From contig OX597814.1 in the NCBI GenBank assembly GCA_951406725.2, forward strand, positions 172,546,001-172,610,000: a DNA stretch of 64,000 nt. Direction: 5' to 3'. A model generated the notes under the pieces. The model saw only the letters and a list, made by a program, of their open reading frames with translations. It did no database searches and was not told where the DNA came from. The first letter of the stretch is position 1. Every line of letters starts with the position of its first letter. The DNA comes from Octopus vulgaris (lineage: Eukaryota). The translations under genes were made by a program, and so were the position numbers. This document shows, piece by piece, positions 38,544 through 52,068 of the stretch.

Positions 38544-39093
38544 TGTGTATGTATGTGTGCATCATAAACTTTACAAGGAAAAAGTTGACTGTGCTATCAA
38601 AGTTTCCGCTTTGCTCACCGTCAGATTTTCTATTTGCATGTTTTGCGTTTTCGTTGGAATTTTGTAAGCATTAATGGATATGGTTTCTCGATCTAGTGAT
38701 GTATCTCAGAAGATGGCATTAGGTAAATTAGTACCTATAGATATTTTTAGGTTTAGATTATTAAATATTGATAATATGGAGAATATATAAGTATAGACAT
38801 CGCTATGATGTGGAACTGCTAAACTATGATCTCAGTAAGGCGGATAACTTGGTTCAGGAATCTATATTTTATGATATCTGCTGTATACAAACTAGTCAAC
38901 TCACATTTTTTGACAACGTCGTATGCTCCGATCGAGATGGTGAATAGGTCATTTGGTTCAGATTATACTCGTGCACAGACACATGCGCACACACGCACAC
39001 ACGCACACACACACACACACACAACACATACTCTCAAACATACGCAAAAACACACATAGTCACTTATAAACACAAACGCCCTCACATACACAC

Positions 39094-39151
<58 letters not shown>

Positions 39152-39319
39152 CTCCAAGAAATTTAGAGGTTGTGAATCCAACCAACTAAGGGATAATATC
39201 TAACCAATATACTGCTGGTAGAATACCTAGTTATTAATGCCCAAGTGTTTTTTTATTGCATTGAAATTACATTACCTAGTGTAAATGGGTGAAGGTAAAG
39301 AGATATATTACCTTTAATT

Positions 39320-39628
39320 TATATAGCAATAAGAAAATGGAGGGATCAATAGATGGTTCATCAACTTTTAGACATTATATTATGTTAACTTATTTATATA
39401 TTTACTAAACTGATAATTACAATAATATACATACATATAACTTTGTTGTTTTATAATAATTACTGGTATCCTTATATATTACTATATTTTAGATCTTATA
39501 TGTAAAGAATAATATGTTATATGTATGTATATTATTGTAATTATTAGTTTAGTAAATAAATAAGTTAACATAACATAATATCTAAAAGTTGATGAACCAC
39601 CTAATGATCCCCTCCATTTTCTTATTGC

Positions 39629-39634
<6 letters not shown>
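39320..39634. repeat. Inverted repeat, ~120-bp arms with ~75-bp spacer, in a TA-flanked element (about 39150-39634)
   Basis: TAGCAATAAGAAAATGGAGGGATC... / ...GATCCCCTCCATTTTCTTATTGCTA. Confidence 0.88.
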
Positions 39635-39662
<28 letters not shown>

Positions 39663-40417
39663 TATATACATATACATATATACATAGATACATATACATA
39701 TATATATATAAACACACACATATATATATATGTAGATGTGTTTATCAATATATTTATACACACATTGTACATGTGTATGTATCTATATATTTATATAAGT
39801 ATGTTTGCATACATATACGCATACACAAAAACACACATATTAGCCGTTAAATGAACACATGAAGCAACAAACAAAAAACGCTTAGAATTCTATATAACTT
39901 CATTTTATTTTTTTCATGTTTTGTGTTTGTTATCACTTATTCATTAACTTTATTTATACATTTCTCTAGCATTTTTAACCCCATGTGAAAAATATAAAAA
40001 TATATCCTCTACCCCATAACACTACGATTTCTACCACAACCAAAAACTTATTAGCTGAATGTGACTGTTGACCTGAAATAACTTGCATTGAGGTTTAGTT
40101 TGGTGTTAGGTTCGGGAAAAAGTGACAGGAAAACCCTTCCGATTTGTCATGAGTTAATCAAATTTGCGAAAGCGTTTTACTCATAAAATCAGAGACGTTC
40201 CTGCCTCTGTAGTTACTACCGTCATCGTTTAGTCATATGTTGGCTCTGGTAGAGGAAATCTGAGATCTACTTTATTGAGAGCCATAGCCAGCATATCTCT
40301 TTTTTTTTAAATTTCAAGCTCAGTTTATCTAGAAGAGTGATTCTCAATCATTCTTTGCTTAAGACCACCTTTTGGTTCCTATTTCACAGAGGTGGACCCT
40401 ACGAGCTAAACATCCTT

Positions 40418-40852
40418 TATTCTTTTGTTTCAATCATTTGTCTGTGGCTATGCTGGAGCACTGCCTTTAGTCGAATAAATCGACCGCAGGACTTAGCCTT
40501 TGTAAGCCTAGTACTTATTCTATCGGCCTCTTTTGGTCAACTGCTAAGTTACGGGGACGGTTGGCAGGCGATGATTGGGGTACAAACACAGACACACAAA
40601 CATATGCATACATACATACATACATACATACATACATACATACATACATACATACATCTATATAGATATATGTTGAAATTTATAGAAAAACAATAAACGA
40701 AGACAGGTGTATGAAAAACAAACAGGAGTATTAGTTTGACGCTCGGGAAAGTGAAAAACTCTTTTACGTTTCGAGCCTACGCTCTTCAATAGAAAGGAAT
40801 GAGAGAAAATAAATAGAGAGAGAATAAAAACTTGTAGATTTAGTGAACAAGC

Positions 40853-40904
<52 letters not shown>

Positions 40905-41072
40905 CGATCAAGCATATATATACGACAGGCTTCTTTCAGTTCCGTTTACCAAATCCACTTACCAGGACTGAGGCTATAGCATGAGACAGTTGCCCAAGGT
41001 TCCACGCAGTGGAACTGAACGTTGAACCATGTAGTTGGGAAGCAAGCTACTTATCACACAGCCACTCCTGTA
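40418..41072 (-). mobile_element. Family A SINE split by an H2 insertion in its internal microsatellite
   Basis: Tail half 40418-40605, head half 40920-41072. Confidence 0.82.
40672..40853 (-). mobile_element. Family H2 element with mutated hammerhead at 40761-40796
   Basis: Minus strand CTTT-CTATTGA-A-GAGC(GTAG)GCTC-GAAACGTA-AAAG. Confidence 0.72.
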
Positions 41073-42215
41073 CCTATTGTATTTTTATGCAATTCACATT
41101 TGCATTCTTTAATCTCTGAGATGTCGAAGATTCAGTAGCTAATGTGGCGTCGCTTGGGTTGAAATATGTGCTTTCTGTGGAGCAAGAAGATGTGCAGGGT
41201 AAAAACTTCCCGGCTAAAACATATTCCACTTATTTATTTGTTTTTTTTTTAAATTTTTGCTTTTTGTTTTTTTGTTTTTTATAGAGTGGCCTGGATTGTT
41301 GGAAATATTATATTTGAAGTAGAATCCAATTCTGTGTTTTTCTGAAGAGGTACAGCTTGCCTGTGGTTAGATACAGTCAACTGTCTAGGAAACTAATGGT
41401 TTTTTCCGATAGTATCAATTGTAATTTTTAATTAAAGTTTCTCAAATGTGCCTATTCGGGTTCCTTACTTAACTTAGCTATTTATTCATTTATTTGCGAA
41501 TGATATGGAACTTGTCGGTTAGACAAAAATCGTCGTTATTGCTCCATTGCTTAATTCTGCTCTCTTACCAATATTAGCCATATAACTATGGTCGACTTTT
41601 GATAAATGTGTCAAAGTTCAGCAGGTTGTGTTTGACTGAGAAACACCATATTATTTCCCACTTTACACCTTAATCAAGTGAAGAAAAATAATTTGAAATC
41701 GACGAATGTGCCCAAATTCTTTTTCAGGAAATTCAAAATAACCCACTTCGAGCATAGTAATTAATATATAATCACTATTTAACTTACATACAGACGCACT
41801 CACACCCGCACACACACACACACAGAGTGGGGGTGGCATGCAATTTTAAGAAGTAATGCCTTATCTTAAAGTAGATGGAGCTACTACATATTGTTTTCTT
41901 TCTGTCTGTCATAAAAACGAATGATTTACATGAAAATCTGATTTGTTATTAGCATTCACTTATATGTCTTAGGCATGTGTATTGTCTGTCTCGCATTCAT
42001 GAACCAAACGCCACAATGCATATTATTCAAGTTAGATAAAATTGATGGAAAGACAATGCTCATAAGTGCAATATCTGTATAGAAATTAAACTTTCGAAAA
42101 TAAACTCATCTGGAAGTTCCATATTGCCTAACTTTAAAACTTCGACTTTAATTTCACTTAAGTCCACTTGAGAAATTTACTTATTTTTAATGCGTGAATG
42201 AGAGAGGGGAGAGAA

Positions 42216-42258
<43 letters not shown>

Positions 42259-42842
42259 GAAAGACAGACACTCAGAGACAGACAAAGAGGGAGAATAATT
42301 TCCTATGTATGTGTCTGCACGCAGTGTGTATATGTCTCTATGTTAGTGTATCTCTGTATTTGTGTGTTTGCGTATATCTATGCAATCTGTGTTGTTTTGG
42401 ATGTGTACCCTCAGGTGTAACAACGCGCAAATAGTCTGTCAAGCATTTAGGTGAGACCTTCCTTCACTTCTATTATTCCAAATATAACATGACTCCACCT
42501 AACAGACGGACCTTATTGTGCAATCTGACATTCAATTGTTGGTCGTGTGTAATGGATCTAGCGTTGCAGTCTCGGTATCTCACCCTCTATGTACTTACTA
42601 TCCAGCAAATTTTGGTATGAACGACAGCGAAGGTGGTAGGAGTAGGGCACTCATTGCTTTTCCCTACTTAAAAATTATAAACATCTCACGACCTGCTACA
42701 ATTAGCAGCCAAATCTTTTTCAGCTTACTTTCTTAAAACATGGATAACATACTGGATGAATCTCAAAGTACCAGAATAGATTTAAGGATGATCACAGACA
42801 GAATGATGATCGAGCTGTAACTTCTGGTACGCAGTGTTTTTT

Positions 42843-42844
<2 letters not shown>

Positions 42845-42874
<30 letters not shown>

Positions 42875-43400
42875 TGTATGTATGTATGTATGTATGTATG
42901 TATGTATGTATGTATGTATGTATGTATGTATGTATGTATGTATGCGTGTATGCATGAATGTATATAACTATGTATGAATTCATTATACATTTTCTGTGTG
43001 TGTGTATGTATGTATGTATGTATGAATGCGTGTATGCATGAATGTATATAACTATGTATGAATCCATTATACATTTTCTGTGTGTGTGTATGTATGTATG
43101 CATGTATGTATGTATATATGCATGAATGCATGCGTGTATGCATGAATGTATGTAACTATGTATGAATGCATTATACATTTTCTCTGTGTGTGTATGCATG
43201 TATGTATGTATGTATGTATGTATGCGTGTATGCATGAATGTATATAACTATGTATGAATGCATTATGCATTTTCTGTGTGTATTTATGAGTGTGTGTATG
43301 TATGTGTATGTATGTATATATAACTATGTATCTATGTTATGTATATAACTATGTGTGAATGTAGTATGCATTTTCTGTGTGTATACATGTATGTATATAT
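42845..43400. repeat. Microsatellite-derived minisatellite, ~80-100-bp unit, 4-5 copies
   Basis: GCGTGTATGCATGAATGTATATAACTATGTATGAAT.CATTATACATTTTCTGTGTG repeated with variable (TATG)n. Confidence 0.9.
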
Positions 43401-44432
43401 GGATGTATATACGTATACATATATGAAACCCTAACCATATTACGTGGCTTCCGATTCAATTTTGTTGCGCAACACTTTAAGTTTCTTTTTCTTTATCTTA
43501 GAAATTTTCAAAGGCCTGTGAGGGTAACTCCGTAGGCAGAAACAGTGGAAGCTTGTTGGAATTACAGTTCTTGATGTTAGGCGATAGACTTCATCCGTTG
43601 CCCAGTTTAACTTCTTGGTTTTTAGTTGCTGTTAGCAAATCTAGTCCTTACAGGCATTCGCAACACATGCCGTATCTTCGATACTTTTATCGTTCCTTTC
43701 TACCATGAAAAATTGAAACTCAGAAGAGCTCTTTCTCCTCAGACTGAGCTTCAAAAAAGAAATTTGCTTATGTGCTATGTATATAGAAGAAGCGCTGTAG
43801 AACAAAATTACTTTAAACGAATAATTTCGAATAGAAATACCAAAGAGAAAATTAAAATACAGAAAAAAAAATGATGAAAAGACATAGGGTTAGAGTCAAA
43901 ATTAATAACCAGGGCATAATGAGTAACTTCTGCTCTCTTATTTTATTCCTAAGTCCAAGTATCGCATCATTGTTTTGTATTAGGAGTAAAATTTGCTCAG
44001 CATAGTTGTTGTTGGAGTTGAGAGAGTCCGAAACATAGTCAGGTAGCAGATCCTTTTCTTTCAAAAAATGTTTCCCTCAATTTTGGCCCGATTTTAATCG
44101 GTGTTGCTATAAAACATCTGGATAATATTTGGTGATAAACAATCAATATTCTTTTCTCTGTTGGATTCAACTTTTCCCACTCTAATGTCTAATTTGATAA
44201 TTTTCAAGTTCCAAAAAATAATACCTAAAATGAGGTCAAATGCGTAATGTGTAATTTCAGTAATTGCTTCTCTTTAACTTCATGGTTAGTAAATATATCT
44301 CGAAGAGAACATTCCAGAAGATCGTGAATAAGCTATGGATAATATTTTATGCTGAGTTTTTATTTTTTTAACAAGCCGTGTTTCGTTCATCATATGCCAT
44401 TTTCCCCCGATTCTCTTTCATTTGATCTAGAT

Positions 44433-44677
44433 ACTCTTTTACTCTTTCACTTGTTTCAGTCATTTGACTGCGGCAATGCTGGAGCACCGCCTTTAGTCGA
44501 GCAAATCGACCCCGGGCCTTATTCTTTGTAAGCCTAATACTTATTCTATCGGTTACTTTTGCCGAACCGCTAAGTTACGGGGACGTAAACACACCAGCAA
44601 CGGTTGTCAAGCGATGTTGGGGGGACAAACACAGACACACAAACACAGACACACACACACACACACACTCACCCCCC

Positions 44678-44712
<35 letters not shown>

Positions 44713-44885
44713 TTATACATATACATATATACGACGGGCTTTTTTCAGTTTCTGTCTACCAAATCCACTCACAAGGCTTTGGTCGGTCTGAGGCTATAGT
44801 AGAAGATACTTGCCCAAGGTGCCACGCAGTGGGAATGAACTCGGAACCATGTGGTTGGTAAGCATGCTACTTACCACACAGCTAC
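44433..44885 (-). mobile_element. Family A SINE
   Basis: Full module set. Confidence 0.92.
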
Positions 44886-44892
44886 TTTTGTT

Positions 44893-44927
<35 letters not shown>

Positions 44928-45344
44928 TTGCATTTCTGATCTTACTGAGGTCTAGGAATGGATATTGATGTGTATGAGTTTGTTTTTCGGAGAACTGAAG
45001 CGGTAAATTTACCTTATCTTGTCTTACTCATTTTGCCCCAGCCACATTTGTCATTAATATGCTCAAAGTAAAAAAAAAAACGCCTCATTTTTGCTACACC
45101 GATACACACGCACGCACACACAGAAGGAATCTCCGCTGAATGGGAAATATCCAATGGCTCCAGTTAAGAATTAATAAGACTAACCTGTGTCTTTATTATT
45201 TAACCCCAATTCAAGTATATCTAGTACTCCATTTCTAATACAATGCTTCTCAACCTTCTTTTTTTTTTCTTTTGACAATCGCTCCTTTTCTTTCACTAAG
45301 AAGTTTTCAATCCAACTTTCTACAATTCAGTAAGATTGAATATA

Positions 45345-45509
45345 GGCGAAGGAGTGGCTGTGTGGTAAGTAGCTTGCTTACCAACCACATGGTTCCGGGT
45401 TCAGTCCCACTGCGTGGCACCTTGGCCAAGTGTCTTCTACTATAGCCTCGGGCCGACAAAAGCCTTGTGAGTGGATTTGGTAGACGGAAACTGAAATAAG
45501 CCCGTCTTA

Positions 45510-45540
<31 letters not shown>

Positions 45541-45770
45541 GTATGTGTGTGTATGTGTTTATGTGTCTGTGTTTAACCCCCCCCCCCGCCAACGCCGCTT
45601 GACAACCGATGCTGGTGTGCTTACGTCCCCGTAACTTAGCGGTTCGGCGAAAGAGTCCGACAGAATATGGAGTAGGCGCTTACAAAGAATAAGTCCTGGG
45701 GTCGATTTATTCGCCTAAAGGCGGTGCTCCAGCATGGCTACAGTAAAATGACTGAAACAAGTAAGAGAGT
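45345..45770 (+). mobile_element. Family A SINE
   Basis: Full module set. Confidence 0.92.
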
Positions 45771-45932
45771 ATATCATATTTACCAATGCATATATATTCA
45801 CATCATTATCTAATGTCAATGTTTTAATGACTGACTTTAACACATATATGAAAAGGCCCGTAAATTTTCGATATAATTTTAAAAATTATACTTTACTTTG
45901 CTTCCAATAATTCACATGCATAAATGGTATAT

Positions 45933-45974
45933 CTTCTTGTTCTTGTTCTTGTTCTTGTTCTTCTTCTTCTTCTT

Positions 45975-46008
<34 letters not shown>

Positions 46009-46033
46009 AACTACTACTACTACTACTACTACA

Positions 46034-46077
<44 letters not shown>

Positions 46078-46078
46078 A

Positions 46079-46116
<38 letters not shown>

Positions 46117-46207
46117 AACTACTACTACTACAACTACTACTACAACTACTACTACAACTACTACTACTACTACTACTACAACTACTACTACTACAACTAC
46201 TACTACA

Positions 46208-46248
<41 letters not shown>
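45933..46248. repeat. (TTCTTG)n-(TTC)n-(TAC/AAC)n compound microsatellite
   Basis: Direct reading. Confidence 0.95.
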
Positions 46249-46250
<2 letters not shown>

Positions 46251-46436
46251 AGCGGTATTTCGTCTGTCGCTACGTTGTGAGTTCAAATTCCGCCGAGGTG
46301 ACTTTGCCTTTCATCCTTTCGGGGTCGATAAATTAAGTACCAGTTCCGCACTGGGGTCGATGTAATCGACTTAATACCTATGTCTGTCCTTGTTTGTTCC
46401 CTCTATGTTTAGCCCCTTGTGGGCAATAAAGAAATA
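46248..46436 (+). mobile_element. 5'-truncated family B SINE
   Basis: Body and tail match 1496-1724. Confidence 0.88.
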
Positions 46437-46451
46437 GGCATATCTAGTATG

Positions 46452-46675
46452 TTTTACTTGTTTCGGACATTAGACTACGGCCATGCTGGGGCCTTGAAGA
46501 TTTTCTTAGTCGAATAGATCGTCTTACTTTTGTTTTAAACCTGTTAGCTATTATATCGGTGTATTTTGCCGAACCGCTATGTTACAGGGACAGAGACACT
46601 CTAACAACGGCTGTGAGGCAGTCGTAGGGGGACAAACACCGAAACAAAGATGCGCACACACACATACACACACAC

Positions 46676-46718
<43 letters not shown>

Positions 46719-46890
46719 CATATATATATATATGTGTGTATGTATATATGTATATATTACACAGGCTTCTTTCAGTTTCTGTGTACCAAATCCACTCACA
46801 AGGTTTTGGTCGGCCCGAGGCTATAGAAAAAACACTTGCCCAATGTGCCACATTGTAGGACTGAGCCCGGAACCATGTGGTTGGGAAGCA
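46452..46890 (-). mobile_element. Diverged family A SINE
   Basis: Tail and head homology. Confidence 0.82.
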
Positions 46891-47013
46891 ATCAGTTTTT
46901 TTTCTTACTTGGCCATATCTCCAAATATTTTGGTATTGTTGATATCGTTGTTATTGATCATGGTGTTGCTGTCTTAAGTGTGTCAAATAAACCATTCATC
47001 ACAATATTATATA

Positions 47014-47413
47014 CTCTTTACTCTTACTCTTTTACTTGTTTCAGTCATTTGACTGCGGCCATGCTGGAGCACCGCCTTTAGTCGAGCAAATCGACCCCGG
47101 GACTTATTCTTTGTAAGCCCAGTACTTATTTTATCAGTCACTTTTGCCGAACCACTAAGTGACGGGGACGTAAACACACCAGCATCGGTTGTCAAGCAAT
47201 GCTAGGGGGACAAACACAGACACACAAACATATACATATATACATATATACGACAGGCTTCTTTCAGTTTCCGTCTACCAAATCCACTCACAAGGCATTG
47301 GTCGGCCCGGGACTATAGCAGAAGACACTTGCCCAAGATGCCACGCAGTGGGACTGAACCCGGAACCATGTGGTTGGTTAGCAAGCTACTTACCACACAG
47401 CCACTCCTGCGCC
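47014..47413 (-). mobile_element. Family A SINE, full length
   Basis: Full module set ending at CCACTCCTGCGCC. Confidence 0.93.
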
Positions 47414-48737
47414 TATGAACATTTTTTAAAAAGTTAATATAATAATAATAATAATTAGTTATATTAACTAATCATATATTAATTAATATAATAACTAAAA
47501 CTTAACTAGCTGTATAGATACATCTATCGCTTCCTACTTTTTTGTCCCCTATAATAATTTCCCGGGGGAGTTACTGCTCACTTTCAAATAGTACTGTTCT
47601 AATTGTTTTCATTCTTTTCTAACATGATAAGGGAGCGAAAGACGCGATTTGAGTAAATATTGAATGCGACTTCTGGCAAATCAAAAGGCCACGCAGAGGC
47701 CTCCTGCTGACTCGTCAGCAATTTCTTTTATTACATTAAGTATTATTTTAATTGAAAAAGAAAGGGAAGGAAAAGATGGTGTGTAGACGAGAAGGGGTAA
47801 GAAATAATAATTATTAGAATGTTTAGTATTAAATATTGTATTACATCGGTATATAAACAGCGCCATGTATCTATCTCTTGATGAAATGAAAACAAAATAT
47901 ATTTAAATGTCGGACGTTGAGGAGCGAAGAGAAAAAGAAAGGAAACTAAATAGGGTTGGTTATTTTCTAAAGATATAAAGGCAAGGGTAGTATCAGTTAA
48001 TTTCTATTTTGAAGACAGAATAAAACCTGGGGTCCGAAACATCAGTTTTAATACGTATAGGTTACAAATGAGAGTCCAAGTTGGGAAGAGTGATATTTTC
48101 AATGAAGGTAGATGAGGAGGAAAAAAAAAAGTTCCCCACCTCCACTACAAGAAAAAATAACGAAAGAAAAGAGAAGAAAAAAGATGCAGCGAAACAGAAA
48201 TTATCTTGAATGAGTTGGTTTGTCAACCATAGCGTCGAGAATACAAAAGAAATGAAACGGCTAAATTGTATAAGTGAACATGGAAGGGGTTATACCGTTT
48301 AACACTATACTGTCGGCGCCACGGAGCACTCAACTTAGGGACGTCTAGTGATATCCTACCGAGCAGAGATTCATTAAGGTGAATCGAGAGATTAGAGGCA
48401 AGGTCAGAGGTTAAGGGATAAGATAAATATCGTTCAAATTACCTCCAAAAGTTGTCAGTTTTATTTTTATTTCTTGATTTGTTATTATTTATATTTCTTT
48501 TTCATCACGGGACATTTGCTGGTCTTTCCCTACCGCACTATACTGCCACTTGTACGGCTAAACTTCCTATGTTTACTGATGCAGACTTTATATGAATACC
48601 TTATCCAGCATTTAATCCTTTCTTCTCTAGGGCTGTGGGACAAAGGGTGTAGGGTCTAGAAAATAACATTGATTCATTGTAATTGAGTTTATGAGAGACC
48701 GGGATGATGATTGCTCTTTTAAGAAGGTTGCTGCAGT

Positions 48738-48827
48738 TATTGTTGTTTTCTTCTTTTTTTTCTTTTCCTTCTTGTTCTTCTTGTTCTTCTCGTTCTTGTT
48801 CTTGTTCTTCTTCTTCTTCTTCTTCTT

Positions 48828-48870
<43 letters not shown>

Positions 48871-48920
48871 CACTACTTCTTCTTTTTCTCCTTCTTCTTC
48901 TTCTTCTTCTTCTTCTTCTT

Positions 48921-48976
<56 letters not shown>

Positions 48977-49130
48977 TCTGCTTCTTCTTTTTCTTCTTTT
49001 TGTTCTCCTTCTTCTTCTGCTTCTTCTCCTCCTCCTCCTCGTCCTTCTTCTTCTTCTTGTTCTGCTACTACTACTACTACTACTTCTACTACTACTTCAT
49101 CATCATCATCATCATCTTCTTCCTCTTCTT
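48738..49130. repeat. Compound (TTC)n/(TAC)n/(TCA)n microsatellite
   Basis: Direct reading. Confidence 0.95.
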
Positions 49131-49677
49131 TATTTAGCTCTAGGCCAATGCTGATTGAGAAAACCTATGAGTATATGTGCTAGTAGTGCTCATCTCGTTA
49201 TTTTAGCAATACCTACGTAATGTGCCTCTCTTTTTAAGAAGGTAAGGTATGATTTAAGAGAGACCTGGCTGTTATTTTTAGCCGATTGATCAGACCCCCC
49301 CCCCGCCTACATCCGTCATTGACTCGTTTTCAGAAAGATCTCCCTTTCAGATAAAGGAAGACGAACAACGAGGATATTACTTACTTTCTTGACCCTAACA
49401 TAGCACTGGTACATACTACAATTGATTGAAACTCTTTAAATCTTTGATTAGGAACATCATATGTCACAAGGAAAAATCTGGTCATTGCTTGTATGTAAAA
49501 ATTCCTTTTAAGCCCCTTTACTTTATAAGATATATCATTAACAGTTTCAAACTCAATAATAAGCATATTTTTAGCTGTTTCCAAAAAGCTTTCAGTCTAC
49601 AAGTGTCTTGAATATTTTCTGGTCAAATCCTATCAGTTTCAAACCAACTTATAAACAAAATGATTCTAATACCATCG

Positions 49678-50160
<483 letters not shown>

Positions 50161-50163
50161 CGT

Positions 50164-50812
50164 GCTGTTCATGCGGTCAGACAACGTACCAACAGGTCGA
50201 ATGGTGATCGGCAGTGATGAAATAGAGGAGGTAGGGGAATATGTCTACTTGGGACAGGAAGTGAATATGTGCCGAGATATCGAAAAGGAGATCTCACGGA
50301 GAGTAAGGGCCGGATGGAAGGCGTTTAATGGCATAAGGGATGTGCTCAAGGGAAGGTTGGACAGGACCACCCGCGCTAACCTCATTAACAGTGCAGTTCT
50401 ACCTGCTATGTTATATGGTAGTGAAACATGAGCTACTACAAAGAGAGAAGAGCAGAGACTGGTAACGGCTCAAAGAGCCATGGAAAGATCAATGCTTGGC
50501 ATCTAGTTCAGAGAGCACATCAGTAGCGAGATCATCAGAAAGAAGTCCGGCGTGAGAGATGTCATCGCAGTGTATACACGCAGCAAGTATAGATGGGCTG
50601 GACACGTCGCCCGGCTCACCGATAATCGGTGGACCCACGCAGTTGTCGAGTGGTATCCGCGCGAGCAGAAAAGACCACCCGGAAGACCCCACGACGGTGG
50701 AGTTACGATTTCAGGAGGACGATTGAGATCACGTGGATGAGAAAGGCGCGATCCAGAGAGGAGTGGACAGCGTGCTGTGACCAGCGGTGTCGGTCAAGGT
50801 GATCAAGGTGAT
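50164..50812 (+). mobile_element. RTE-clade LINE, 5'-truncated 3' fragment
   Basis: [11 protein letters not shown]...[13 protein letters not shown]...[11 protein letters not shown]...AQRAMERSMLG...RWAGHVAR..DNRWT..VVEWYPREQKRPPGRP; ends (CAAGGTGAT)2; probable TSD ATAT(A/G)TAGGCGT. Confidence 0.92.
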
Positions 50813-50815
50813 ATG

Positions 50816-51216
50816 TAGGCGTAGGCGTGCTGTGTGGTAAGTTGTTTGCATCCCAACCACATGGTTCTGGGTTCAGTTGCACCGTGTGACACCTTGGGCA
50901 AGTGTCTTCTATTATAACGTCGGGGCGACGAAAACTTTGTGAGGGATTTTGGTAGACGGAAACTGAAAGAAACCCGTCGTATATATATTTGTGTGTGTGT
51001 ATGTGTGTGTGTCTTTCAGTCTGTCTGTAATTTTCTCACCACTATCGCTTGACAGCCGATGCTGGTGTGTTTATGTACAATGTAACTTGGCGTTGCAGCA
51101 AAGGCGTCGCTTACAAAGAATAAGTCCTGGGGTCAATTTCTTCGACTAAAACCCTTTAAGACGCTACTCCAACATGGCCGCAGTCAAATGCGTGAAACAA
51201 GTAAAGGAATAAAAGA

Positions 51217-51218
<2 letters not shown>
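50816..51218 (+). mobile_element. Diverged family A SINE
   Basis: Head starts immediately after the RTE tail. Confidence 0.85.
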
Positions 51219-51280
<62 letters not shown>

Positions 51281-52023
51281 TTATATTTATATTATATAGA
51301 GGGCATTACTATACATAAATGCCACACGCTAGGAGGGACTATTAAAGTCAAAATTATCAAAATAAATAAACACATCGTACCGGATGCAACTCTTGAAGCA
51401 AGTCATTTAAAAACAGAATTTTGTTTTTGAATTATGTATGCAGATGGAAAAATAAAAGCGTGCTTGGAAAACACGCGTAAATGGAGACTTGATCTGCTAG
51501 AACTCGCTGCCAAATCTTCATCAAAGCGTTCAAAAATAAATATGGCGTTTGAATTAAAGGCTTAACACAGCTAAGCGCGAATGTCTTCAAGAAATATTCT
51601 TTATAATATCTATTATGCTAGTTATAACGCCCGTGAGTTTCGAGTGTTAAACTTTAAACATACTTGAACTATGGACGGAAATCAAAGGCACAACTAAAAT
51701 CATTTGACATTTCGAAACAACTTATAAATTTATACAATAATATTTGAATACGAAAATTTACAAAATCAGTTTTTCCCCTTCATTTTTGTATTTGGTTTCT
51801 CGTTTGTATAAGATGGGTTTTTTTCTTAGTGCAAACAAACATTATGCAGTTTGTCTTAGCAAACGTGCTAAGGGAGTTCTCTGCGCATGTGACTCTCTGT
51901 TGCGGCGTTCATTTACACTCGTCTGTGCTCGTTAACAATCGTTAAGTCTGCCTTCGTTTATGTTCGTTCGAGTTCGTCTACGTTCGTATCGATTCATATA
52001 ACACACAAACACATCATCTCTCC

Positions 52024-52068
<45 letters not shown>

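Noticed and set aside
44025-44045. GTCCGAAACATAGTCAGG resembling a hammerhead 3' half
   Set aside because: No upstream CUGANGA or matching stems
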